Below are positions 1-7,064 of a stretch of DNA of 32,000 nucleotides, piece by piece; position 1 is the stretch's first letter, and each line of letters opens with the position of its first letter. The notes under the pieces were generated by a model. It was not told the DNA's origin. It saw nothing but the letters and a program-made list of their open reading frames with translations, and searched no databases. The stretch spans positions 8,612 through 40,611 of the forward strand of contig CAKTQP010000015.1 of assembly GCA_934597165.1 (NCBI GenBank), in the 5' to 3' direction. This DNA comes from an uncultured Oscillospiraceae bacterium. GTDB taxonomy: Bacteria > Bacillota > Clostridia > Oscillospirales > Oscillospiraceae. A program made the translations under genes and the position numbers.

Positions 1-153
1 TATGTCCTCTTTGACCAGGTGCCCGATCACTGGAGCGTGGTGGGCTACGTGCTCATCGTGGGCGCGGCGTTGGTCATCTTCCTATATAACAACAACTACC
101 CGCCCTTCCGGCATCGTGCCAAGGTGGAGGAGCGGACGGAGGAACTTCCATGA
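1..153 (+). CDS. C-terminal fragment of a DMT/EamA-type permease (5' end outside window)
   Basis: Frame 1 is open from the window edge to TGA at 151-153. The translation ...DHWSVVGYVLIVGAALVIFLYNN... resembles the last TM helix of EamA-family proteins. The stop overlaps the next ATG (ATGA). Confidence 0.55.
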   Translation, partial: YVLFDQVPDHWSVVGYVLIVGAALVIFLYNNNYPPFRHRAKVEERTEELP

Positions 154-560
154 GTGATTACCTACATTTGAATGTCCAACCGGACGACCTGCGTGCCATG
201 AGCAGCCTGGCGCTGGCGCATATGGGGGACGCCGTGTATGAAATTTTGGTGCGGGGCTGGCTGTGTACCCAGGGCCGCGCCACCTGCGGCAACCTGCACA
301 AGGAGACGGTAGCGTTAGTGCGTGCGGAGGCACAGGCGGCGGCGGTGGAAAAGCTGCTGCCCCACCTGACCGAGGCGGAGGGTGCTGTGTACCGCCGGGG
401 GCGGAACGCCCACGTCCACGCCATCCCCAAGAACGCCAGCCGAGGGCAGTACACCCGTGCCACGGGGCTGGAAGCGCTGTTTGGGTGGCTCTATCTGCAA
501 GGACAGCTGGAGCGCATCAATCAGCTGTTCGGCATCATTATGGAAGAGAAGGAGGGGTAA
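150..560 (+). CDS. mrnC: Mini-ribonuclease 3 (Mini-III, 23S rRNA maturation)
   Basis: 136 aa. The N-terminal region LALAHMGDAVYEILVR and the later RRGRNA...PKNA...Y..ATGLEALFGWLYL match the Mini-III/YazC pattern. Confidence 0.85.
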   Translation: MSDYLHLNVQPDDLRAMSSLALAHMGDAVYEILVRGWLCTQGRATCGNLHKETVALVRAEAQAAAVEKLLPHLTEAEGAVYRRGRNAHVHAIPKNASRGQYTRATGLEALFGWLYLQGQLERINQLFGIIMEEKEG

Positions 561-564
561 AAAT

Positions 565-2331
565 ATGCCGTTGGATGCTGCTTGCTTAGCGGGCATTGTG
601 CAGGAGTGCCGTCCGGCTGTGGAGGGCGCTCGTGTGGATAAGATCTTTCAGCCTGCCCGGGATGAAATTGTGATGCTCCTCCGGGGCAATCAGGGCAACT
701 GCAAGCTGCTGCTCACCGCCAACCCCTCCCATCCCAGACTCCAACTCACCGAAGGGAACCGAGAGAACCCGGCCAACCCGCCTATGTTCTGTATGCTCCT
801 GCGCAAGTATCTGTCCGGCGCACGAGTCATCGCCATGCGGCAGCCGTCTATGGAGCGGATGGTGGATATGGAATTGGAGACCACCAACGAGATGGGGGAC
901 AAGGTGCCCTGTCATCTGATTTTGGAAGCCATGGGACGCCGTGCCAACCTGATCCTGACCGACCAGGAGGGACGCATTGTGGACTGCCTCCGGCGCATCG
1001 ACGGGGACTTGTCCCAGCTCCGTCCTGTCCTGCCGGGGATGTTCTACCGGCAGCCGCCCCAGAGCGAGGGGAAATACGACCCGCTGACGGTGGAGGCCGG
1101 CCAGCTGAAGGAACTGCTGCGCCAGGCGCCGGAGGAACAGGAGCTGACCCAGTGGATTTTGGATCACTTCATCGGCCTGTCCCCGCTGCTCTGCCGGGAG
1201 GTGGTCTACCGCGCCACCGGCGGGGTGGACGCCCGGTTCTGCACCCTGCGGGAAGGGCAGTTGGAGCGGTTTGCCGACCGGTTTTTGTACCTGTGCCAGA
1301 CCATCCGTTCGGGCAGCTTCCAGCCGGTGGCGCTGTATCAGGCGGAAAAGCCCAAGGACTTTTCCTTCCTGCCCTTGGGACAGTACGAGCGGCTCTATGA
1401 GGTGCGGGAATTTGCCACCTTCGGCCAGATGCTGGACGCTTTTTATGGCGACCGGGAACGGCAGGAGCGGGTGCGCCAGAAGGGGCAGGAGCTGCTCAAG
1501 ACCCTGAACAACGCACGAGACCGAGCGGCGCGAAAGATTCGGGTGCAGACCAAGGAATTGGCAGCCACCGAGGGACGCGAGCACTGGCGGGAGCTGGGGG
1601 ACATCATCACCTCCAACCTGTACCAGATGGAACGGGGGATGAAGAGCCTCCACGCGGTGAACTACTACGACCCGGAGGGGAAGGAGATCGACATCCCTCT
1701 GGATCCGCTGCTGACACCTCAGAAGAACGCCGCCAAATACTATAAAAAGTACAACAAGGCCAAGACCGCCAGCGTCATGCTGGCGCAGCAGCTGAAAAAG
1801 GGACAGCGGGAGCTGGAATACCTGGAGAGCGTGCTGGAGACCGTCCAGCGGGCAGAAGGGGAACGTGACCTGGCTGAAATCCGTCAGGAGCTGGAGGAGA
1901 GCGGTTATCTGCGGGCGAAAAAGACCGGCAAGAAGCAGAAAAAAGCCCCCACCTCCAAGCCTCTGGAGTTCCGCAGCTCCGCCGGTCTGCGCATCTCGGT
2001 GGGGCGCAACCACTACCAGAACGACGCCCTCACCTGCCGCCAGGCGTACAAGAGCGACATTTGGCTCCACACCCAGAAGATCCACGGCGCCCACGTCATC
2101 CTGTGGGCCCAGGGACAGGAGCCGGACGCCCAGAGCCTCACCGAAGCGGCCATGCTGGCGGCCTACTACTCCCAGGCCAAAGACGGCAAGAATGTGCCGG
2201 TGGACTACACGCCGGTGAAGTACGTCCACAAGCCCAACGGCGCTCGGCCGGGGATGGTTATCTACACCACCTACCAGACTGCCTATGTAACGCCGGATGA
2301 GGCGTTGGTGAAGCGATTGAAAGTGAAATGA
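565..2331 (+). CDS. rqcH: Rqc2-homolog RqcH / fibronectin-binding protein A (NFACT family)
   Basis: The track ORF 382..2331 is trimmed to ATG 565, which follows GAAGGAGGGG. The protein is 588 aa with an NFACT-N start MPLDAACL...VDKIFQP..DEIVMLLRG, a coiled-coil middle, and a C-terminal NFACT-R-like region (DIWLHTQKIHGAHVIL). Confidence 0.85.
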   Translation: MPLDAACLAGIVQECRPAVEGARVDKIFQPARDEIVMLLRGNQGNCKLLLTANPSHPRLQLTEGNRENPANPPMFCMLLRKYLSGARVIAMRQPSMERMVDMELETTNEMGDKVPCHLILEAMGRRANLILTDQEGRIVDCLRRIDGDLSQLRPVLPGMFYRQPPQSEGKYDPLTVEAGQLKELLRQAPEEQELTQWILDHFIGLSPLLCREVVYRATGGVDARFCTLREGQLERFADRFLYLCQTIRSGSFQPVALYQAEKPKDFSFLPLGQYERLYEVREFATFGQMLDAFYGDRERQERVRQKGQELLKTLNNARDRAARKIRVQTKELAATEGREHWRELGDIITSNLYQMERGMKSLHAVNYYDPEGKEIDIPLDPLLTPQKNAAKYYKKYNKAKTASVMLAQQLKKGQRELEYLESVLETVQRAEGERDLAEIRQELEESGYLRAKKTGKKQKKAPTSKPLEFRSSAGLRISVGRNHYQNDALTCRQAYKSDIWLHTQKIHGAHVILWAQGQEPDAQSLTEAAMLAAYYSQAKDGKNVPVDYTPVKYVHKPNGARPGMVIYTTYQTAYVTPDEALVKRLKVK

Positions 2332-2334
2332 AGC

Positions 2335-2366
2335 AAAAAGCCAGCATCCTAGGATGCTGGCTTTTG
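2335..2366. terminator. Bidirectional intrinsic terminator between rqcH and the convergent HTH gene
   Basis: Perfect palindrome GCCAGCATCC-TA-GGATGCTGGC flanked by AAAAA upstream and TTTT downstream. Confidence 0.75.
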
Positions 2367-2729
2367 TTATCCTTCCGACGGGTGCACGCCCCGCAGCAGC
2401 TCTTCCGCGGAGACGCCATAGAGCTTGGCCAGCGCCAGCAGGTTGGAGGTGCTGGGGTCGGAGGCGCCGGACTCCCACTTAGAGACCGCCTGGCGGCTGA
2501 CGCCCAGGGTTTCTGCCACGAACTCCTGGGTCATCTGACAGCGGAGCCGTTCCTCTTTGAGGGTCTCTCCCAGGGTCTTGGCCAGCTGGGATTTCTCCTT
2601 CCGCACCTCGCCGGAGCGCAGGTACTTGCGCAGGGCTTTGATGAGGAGGACGACCAGGTAGACGGTCAGGACGAACCCGGCCAGGCTGACCAAGAGGGTG
2701 GGGATGAGTATCAGGGTGTTTGTCATCAT
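2367..2729 (-). CDS. XRE-family HTH protein with N-terminal transmembrane anchor (paralog 1)
   Basis: The track ORF 2367..2873 is trimmed to ATG at 2729, which follows AAAGGAGG. The 120-aa protein has a hydrophobic N-terminus (LILIPTLLVSLAGFVLTVYLVVLLI), then the basic stretch KALRKYLRSGEVRKEK, then an HTH_3-type domain (MTQEFVAETLGVSRQAVSKWESG). Confidence 0.8.
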   Translation of the reverse strand: MMTNTLILIPTLLVSLAGFVLTVYLVVLLIKALRKYLRSGEVRKEKSQLAKTLGETLKEERLRCQMTQEFVAETLGVSRQAVSKWESGASDPSTSNLLALAKLYGVSAEELLRGVHPSEG

Positions 2730-2754
2730 AAGAGCACCCCTCCTTTCTGGGACG

Positions 2755-2783
2755 AGCATAGCAAAATCCGCCGGTTGCCACAA
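2755..2783 (-). promoter_or_regulatory. Candidate sigma-A promoter of HTH paralog 1 (TTGTGG-17-TGcTATGCT)
   Basis: Read on the minus strand: -35 TTGTGG (2778-2783), 17-nt spacer, extended -10 TGCTATGCT (2755-2763). The same geometry is seen at 5800-5828. Confidence 0.4.
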
Positions 2784-2809
2784 GCAACTATTCCGCAACA
2801 TGGGGTTGC
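2774..2809. promoter_or_regulatory. Operator-like array GTTGC-N5-GCAAC-N6-GCAAC-N5-GTTGC (copy A)
   Basis: Pentamers start at 2774, 2784, 2795 and 2805, giving 10/11/10-nt phasing. The array overlaps the minus-strand -35. A near-identical block lies at 5819-5854. Confidence 0.5.
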
Positions 2810-2829
2810 AGGGGAAAATGTGCTGGCGC

Positions 2830-2858
2830 TTGACAGGGGAAAGCGCTGTTACTATAAT
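2830..2858 (+). promoter_or_regulatory. Consensus sigma-A promoter for the 2943-4783 operon
   Basis: TTGACA (2830-2835), 17-nt spacer, TATAAT (2853-2858). Confidence 0.65.
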
Positions 2859-2942
2859 GAAAGCGGTCATCAAGCTGCAAGAGGCAGCTTTTTCTAGCTA
2901 CGACAGTTAGGAGCGGCTAACCACAGGAAAGGAGGATGTAAT

Positions 2943-3434
2943 ATGATCGGTTGGGTGTTGTTGGAAGGACTTGGACTTGGCGTTCTGCTGGTCTTGGTCT
3001 GTGTGTTTGGCATCCGCAAGGGTGCCGTGGGGATGGTGCATCTGTATCACACGGAGGTGCAGGAACGCTGTGTGGCGCTGGGGCTGACCAAGCAGGAGGC
3101 CATCCAGCGGAACAGCCTCCGCTTCAAGCTCTGCTGTGTGCCTGGTTACATCATCTATGTGCTGGTCTTTGTCTACGCCGTCAATGGGGCGCGGGGGTTT
3201 GGCACCGGCTTTTGGCAGCTGTTCGGTATCCTCTTCGTCATGAACCTCATCGACCGCTTTTTCGTGGACGGCTGGTGGGTGGGGCACACAAAGGCGTGGG
3301 TCATCCCCGGCACAGAGGATCTCCGGCCGTACATCACCGCCCAGGACAAGAAACGCAAGTGGCTGGCCGGCACCGTGGGCATGGCGGTCATCGCCGCTAT
3401 CCTGGCCGGGGTCATGGCGCTGCTCCTGCCGTAA
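2943..3434 (+). CDS. Hypothetical integral membrane protein (about 4 TM segments)
   Basis: 163 aa, with RBS GGAAAGGAGG 7 nt upstream. Hydrophobic segments are visible at the N-terminus, in the middle (twice) and at the C-terminus. I recognise no family. Confidence 0.7.
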   Translation: MIGWVLLEGLGLGVLLVLVCVFGIRKGAVGMVHLYHTEVQERCVALGLTKQEAIQRNSLRFKLCCVPGYIIYVLVFVYAVNGARGFGTGFWQLFGILFVMNLIDRFFVDGWWVGHTKAWVIPGTEDLRPYITAQDKKRKWLAGTVGMAVIAAILAGVMALLLP

Positions 3435-3449
3435 AAAGGAGGGAACAGG

Positions 3450-4064
3450 ATGAAAGTCAACACGTTGGATGCGTCCGCTATCAACGACATCGGCCACGCC
3501 TTTGGCTACTACGACTACGGGGAAGAGACCGGCCTGTTCTCGGTGTTCTCCAGTCAGGAGGCGGTGGCCACCTACATCCGCGGCTATGTCCGTGGGATGC
3601 TGGCAGGCGGGCTGCTCTACACCAACAGCCAACAGGGCGAGGGCTACATCGCCTATCAGCTGCCCGGCCAGAAGATCGGATTGAAAGCGGGTCTGCCCCT
3701 GCTGAAGGGGCTGTTCCGGGCCATGGGTCTGAAGGAGATCGTCCGGTTTTGCCAAGTGATGAAGCGGGGCGGTTCGGGACTGAAAGACCGGCTGAATAAG
3801 AAAAAGCAGCCCTATGTGTTTGTGGGGCTGGTGTGCGTGCGGGAGGCGTACCAGGGGCAGGGGCATATGCGCCAGGTCATGGAGCTGGCCTTTGCAGAGG
3901 GGCAGCGGCTGGGTGTGCCAGTGATTTTGGAGACGGATGCCCGCTCCAAATGCGACAAGTATCTGCACCTTGGCATGGAGCTGGTCGGCACCCGCGACTT
4001 AGGGGCGTATGGCACCCTGTACGACCTCATCAAATACCCAAAGAAGGAGGGGGGAGCGCGATGA
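3450..4064 (+). CDS. GNAT-family N-acetyltransferase
   Basis: 204 aa, RBS AAAAGGAGGG. The acetyl-CoA motif-A-like stretch is VCVREAYQGQGHMRQVMELAF, followed by the C-terminal LETD....KYLHLGMELV pattern. Confidence 0.8.
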   Translation: MKVNTLDASAINDIGHAFGYYDYGEETGLFSVFSSQEAVATYIRGYVRGMLAGGLLYTNSQQGEGYIAYQLPGQKIGLKAGLPLLKGLFRAMGLKEIVRFCQVMKRGGSGLKDRLNKKKQPYVFVGLVCVREAYQGQGHMRQVMELAFAEGQRLGVPVILETDARSKCDKYLHLGMELVGTRDLGAYGTLYDLIKYPKKEGGAR

Positions 4065-4783
4065 ATAAGAACAAACGCAGATTACTGCTAGGAATATGCG
4101 GTTGCCTGCTCTACGTGGTCGGCGATTTTCTCTTTGCCGCACTGGGGCCGGAGCAGAGCACGGAGACCATGGGGCTGATGGTGCAAGTGGCGTATCTGGA
4201 CATGGCCACCTGGCGTTTCGTGGTCAGCATCCTCTGCGGTGTGCTGGGGACGGCACTGTATTACGTGGGCTTTCACCAGATGGAACAGCTGCTGCGGCTG
4301 CATCTCCCGGCGCATCAGCAGAAGTGGCGCAAGGGCTTTCGCATCGCCTATCTGACCGGCACGGTGTGCTGGGGTTACGTCCATGCCATGTTTATGAATG
4401 TGGCGCTGATCTTCCAGTTCGTCTATCGGGCTTACGGCGATATGCAGACCGCGGCAGACATCGCCAACCGCATCGTCTACTGCAACGCGGTGCCCATGGT
4501 GGCGGCCTACGTCCTGGGAGATGTGGTCTTGTCGGCGGTCATGGTGGTGATGATCTGGAAGGGACTGCTGCCGCTGAAACATACCGCCCAGCGGGTGCTG
4601 GCCACCCTCTGCAACCCCATATGCTGTGCCGGCATCCTGGGCAACCTCACCACCCTGCTGCCCTGGCCGCTGAATCAGATCGACCACGGCACGGAGTCCT
4701 TGGGGCATGCGTTGGTGCTGGTGTTGGGACTGATCCTGCTGCGGGAGATGTCCAAACAGTCGGGCAAGAACCTTGCGGCTTGA
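4061..4783 (+). CDS. Hypothetical multi-pass membrane protein
   Basis: The track ORF 3833..4783 is trimmed to ATG 4061, which overlaps the GNAT stop (ATGA). The 240-aa protein starts MNKNKRRLLLGICGCLLYVVGDFLF and has repeated hydrophobic helices. Confidence 0.75.
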   Translation: MNKNKRRLLLGICGCLLYVVGDFLFAALGPEQSTETMGLMVQVAYLDMATWRFVVSILCGVLGTALYYVGFHQMEQLLRLHLPAHQQKWRKGFRIAYLTGTVCWGYVHAMFMNVALIFQFVYRAYGDMQTAADIANRIVYCNAVPMVAAYVLGDVVLSAVMVVMIWKGLLPLKHTAQRVLATLCNPICCAGILGNLTTLLPWPLNQIDHGTESLGHALVLVLGLILLREMSKQSGKNLAA

Positions 4784-4793
4784 TCGTAAAAAT

Positions 4794-4827
4794 CCCCGTT
4801 TCCGCTCTCAGGAAACGGGGGTTTTTT
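4794..4827. terminator. Bidirectional intrinsic terminator
   Basis: CCCCGTTTCC-GCTCTCA-GGAAACGGGG followed by GTTTTTT. The T-run overlaps the stop codon of the convergent HTH gene. Confidence 0.8.
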
Positions 4828-5185
4828 AGGATTCCACGCAGCGCAGCAGCTCCTCCGCAGAGACACCGTAGAGCTTGGCCAGCGCCAGCAGGTTGGAGGT
4901 GCTGGGGTCGGACGCGCCGGATTCCCATTTGGACACCGCCTGACGGCTGACGCCCAGAGATTCCGCCACAAACTCCTGGGTCATCTTGCATCGGGCACGC
5001 TCCTGCTTCAACGCCTCGCCCAGGGTCTTGGCCGTCTCTGCCTTCTCCTTGCGGATGGGGGCGGAGTGGAGGTATTTGCGCAGGGCTTTGATGAGCAGCA
5101 CGATAAGGTAGATGATCAGGCCGAAGAAGGCGATGTTGATGAGGAGGACCACTGCAAAGGTGGCAAACGTAAAGGTCATGGCCAT
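4826..5185 (-). CDS. XRE-family HTH protein with N-terminal transmembrane anchor (paralog 2)
   Basis: 119 aa. The hydrophobic N-terminus (FATFAVVLLINIAFFGLIIYLIVLLI) is followed by KALRKYLHSAPIRKEK and an HTH_3 domain. The stretch VSRQAVSKWESGASDPSTSNLLALAKLYGVSAEELL is identical to paralog 1. Confidence 0.8.
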   Translation of the reverse strand: MAMTFTFATFAVVLLINIAFFGLIIYLIVLLIKALRKYLHSAPIRKEKAETAKTLGEALKQERARCKMTQEFVAESLGVSRQAVSKWESGASDPSTSNLLALAKLYGVSAEELLRCVES

Positions 5186-5203
5186 GGTCGAGATTCCTTT
5201 GGG

Positions 5204-5737
5204 TTATTGTTTGTCTTTGGGCAGGTCGTCTGAGGCGGTGAAGTGGATGCCGCCGTCGGCATCCAGGGCATAGCTCAGGGTGTGGGTGTAGGCGTCCAGG
5301 GTCAGAGAGGTGTCCGTCCGATCGGTCTCATGGAGCAGATGGAAGGTCACCGTCCCGTTGCCTTGGTAGGTCAGCTCCGGATCCTCTGCCGGAAAGGCTT
5401 GGGTGGCGACGACCTGTTTGTTCCCGTCTGCATCCACAAAGGCGGCATAGGTACACGGTTCGTCCAGGTCATCCTGGTCGTCGGTGAAGAGCACCACACC
5501 TGCCAGACCATAGGCTCCGTCCGGCGCAGCGACACAGTCCAGCACCGTCCAGTGGGCTTTGTCCGAGTTGTCGAGGAACAGGGCACGCACCTCCGATGCC
5601 GTCCACTCCTTCTGGGTGGAGGTGGTGGAGCTGGTCTGGGCGGGGGTGGAGAGGATAGCGGGAGCGTCCTGGCTGCCGCAGCCGGTCAGGGAGAGCAGCA
5701 GGGTCAAACTAAGTAAGATGGAATAAAATTTTTTCAT
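5204..5737 (-). CDS. Lipoprotein of unknown function
   Basis: The track ORF 5204..5809 is trimmed to ATG 5737, which follows GAGGTGA. The signal peptide MKKFYSILLSLTLLLSLTGC carries the lipobox LTGC, followed by a Ser/Thr-rich linker. It lies 18 nt upstream of HTH paralog 2 on the same strand. Confidence 0.8.
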   Translation of the reverse strand: MKKFYSILLSLTLLLSLTGCGSQDAPAILSTPAQTSSTTSTQKEWTASEVRALFLDNSDKAHWTVLDCVAAPDGAYGLAGVVLFTDDQDDLDEPCTYAAFVDADGNKQVVATQAFPAEDPELTYQGNGTVTFHLLHETDRTDTSLTLDAYTHTLSYALDADGGIHFTASDDLPKDKQ

Positions 5738-5799
5738 CTGGATCACCTCAAAGATCGAATAGGGGCTGCCTGCCGGAGCAGGGGGCTGATGACGAGGCA

Positions 5800-5828
5800 A
5801 TGATAGCATGACCGAGCGGTTGCGGCAA
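5800..5828 (-). promoter_or_regulatory. Candidate sigma-A promoter of the lipoprotein-HTH2 operon (TTGCCG-17-TGcTATCAT)
   Basis: Read on the minus strand: -35 TTGCCG (5823-5828), 17-nt spacer, extended -10 TGCTATCAT (5800-5808). The geometry matches 2755-2783. Confidence 0.4.
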
Positions 5829-5854
5829 GCAACTATGCCGCAACAATGGGTTGC
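5819..5854. promoter_or_regulatory. Operator-like array GTTGC-N5-GCAAC-N6-GCAAC-N5-GTTGC (copy B)
   Basis: Pentamers start at 5819, 5829, 5840 and 5850, with the same 10/11/10 phasing and the same 14-nt offset from the -10 as copy A. Confidence 0.5.
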
Positions 5855-5888
5855 AAAGGGAAAAATGCGGGTTTTTGGGCTGTTTTTG

Positions 5889-6668
5889 TTACGCAGTCTT
5901 GCCGAAGATGTTCAGCAGGATGAGCACGAAGGCGAAGATGAGCAAGCAGACGCCCACCGCCTTGTTGAGCTTTTTCAGGGAGGCGTTGTTGGCGAAGACG
6001 GCGGAGACCTCGGCGGCGATGAGGGTGGTGGCGATGCAGAGGAGCATGACCCACAGGTCGGGCTTGGCGCCCAGGGCGAAGTGGGAGACCGCGCCGAAGA
6101 GAGCGGTGAAGGACATGATGAACACACTGGTGCCGATGGCGGTCTTCAGCTCAAAGCCCAGCACCAGGGTCAGCACCAGCAGCATCATGGCGCCGCCGCC
6201 CACGCCTACGAAGCCGCAGATAAAGCCGATGATGGCGCCGAAGAAGATGGACTTGACGGCGCGCTGGGCGAAGGGAGTGTTGGCCATCTCGGTCTTGGAG
6301 GTCATGACCGGCCAGATGATGAATTTCAGGCCGATGGTGCAGACCATGAAGATGGCAAAGTATTTCACGATGGTGTTGGGGGCAAACTGCCCGACGTAAC
6401 TGCCCACCAGGGTGAAGACCAGGATGGACAGGAGGAGTACCACGCCGTTTTTCACGTCCAGGTTCTTCCGCTTGGCGTACGTCCAGGCGGAGATGGCGGA
6501 GGCGAGCACGTCGGAAGCCAGCGCGATGGTGACGGCCTCGTAGGCAGGCATATCGCAGAAGGTCATCAGTGCCGGTGCGATGATGAGGGCAGCGGAGAGG
6601 CCAGCGAGACCGGTGCCGATGCCAGCTCCGATCCCGGAGAGGATGGAGACGAGGATGGTGAGGAACAT
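5889..6668 (-). CDS. TauE/SafE-family sulfite/anion exporter (TSUP)
   Basis: The track ORF 5889..6800 is trimmed to ATG 6668, which follows AAAGGAG. The 259-aa protein is very hydrophobic, with the glycine-rich motifs GIGAGIGTGLAGLS and GFVGVGGGAMM typical of TSUP proteins. Confidence 0.85.
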   Translation of the reverse strand: MFLTILVSILSGIGAGIGTGLAGLSAALIIAPALMTFCDMPAYEAVTIALASDVLASAISAWTYAKRKNLDVKNGVVLLLSILVFTLVGSYVGQFAPNTIVKYFAIFMVCTIGLKFIIWPVMTSKTEMANTPFAQRAVKSIFFGAIIGFICGFVGVGGGAMMLLVLTLVLGFELKTAIGTSVFIMSFTALFGAVSHFALGAKPDLWVMLLCIATTLIAAEVSAVFANNASLKKLNKAVGVCLLIFAFVLILLNIFGKTA

Positions 6669-6740
6669 AGGAAGAGCGCTCCTTTCATGGTGAAGAAATA
6701 TCGGTTGAAAATGGTTATGATGCGGGGGATACTTTTTATT

Positions 6741-6769
6741 ACGATACCATGAAATGGGGGGAAAAGCAA
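6741..6769 (-). promoter_or_regulatory. Candidate promoter of the TauE gene (TTGCTT-17-TGgTATCGT)
   Basis: Read on the minus strand: -35 TTGCTT (6764-6769), 17-nt spacer, extended -10 TGGTATCGT (6741-6749). Confidence 0.4.
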
Positions 6770-6793
6770 GGGAGGGAGGTGAGTGGAAAAAGA

Positions 6794-6842
6794 GAACCAC
6801 GGAACGGTTGGGGGAGATGTTCCGTGGTTCTTCTTTTATTTT
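6794..6842. terminator. Strong hairpin with U-tracts on both sides (likely distal terminator of the SEDS gene transcript)
   Basis: GAACCACGGAAC (6794-6805) pairs with GTTCCGTGGTTC (6819-6830) in a 12-bp stem. TTCTTTTATTTT follows on the plus strand and CTCTTTTTCC on the minus strand. Confidence 0.65.
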
Positions 6843-6856
6843 GCGCTGCGTGTTTA

Positions 6857-7016
6857 GGGGAACCCCCCGGCGAGGGTTTCCCCTCTTTCTGGCGTTGCCA
6901 GAAATTCACCCCTTCCTGCGCTTTGGAAGCCCAGGGGAGTTTCGGCATCTGCGGATGCCGACCAGGGGCTTTGCCCCTGGACCCCACTTCCTTTTCTTCC
7001 ATGAAGCAAAAGGAAG
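6857..7016. other. Train of at least six consecutive stem-loops in the region downstream of the SEDS gene (REP/MITE-like element or structured RNA)
   Basis: Hairpins at 6857-6883, 6886-6904, 6912-6929, 6943-6960, 6962-6980 and 6987-7016. There is no convincing ORF or RBS. Confidence 0.4.
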
Positions 7017-7064
7017 CGAAAAGAAGTTTAGGCGCGCTGCGCGGCTTGAGTTCCGAAGACGGGT

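Noticed and set aside
382-564. Upstream extension of the rqcH ORF (649-aa version)
   Set aside because: The extension overlaps mrnC in another frame and has an implausible composition. ATG 565 has a strong RBS and gives the canonical NFACT N-terminus.
586-2478. 630-aa ORF antisense to rqcH
   Set aside because: It is a shadow ORF typical of high-GC DNA. The composition is Arg/Gly/Pro/Leu-rich, there is no RBS, and it is fully covered by the well-supported rqcH on the opposite strand.
2907-3968. 353-aa minus-strand ORF, and the plus-strand 2951..3799 ORF
   Set aside because: They are antisense or out of frame to the membrane/GNAT genes. They are low-complexity and His/Pro/Gly/Arg-rich, with no RBS.
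5808-6752. 314-aa Asp/Glu/Gly/His-rich ORF on the plus strand
   Set aside because: It is the mirror image of the TauE membrane protein codons. The composition is non-protein-like and there is no RBS.
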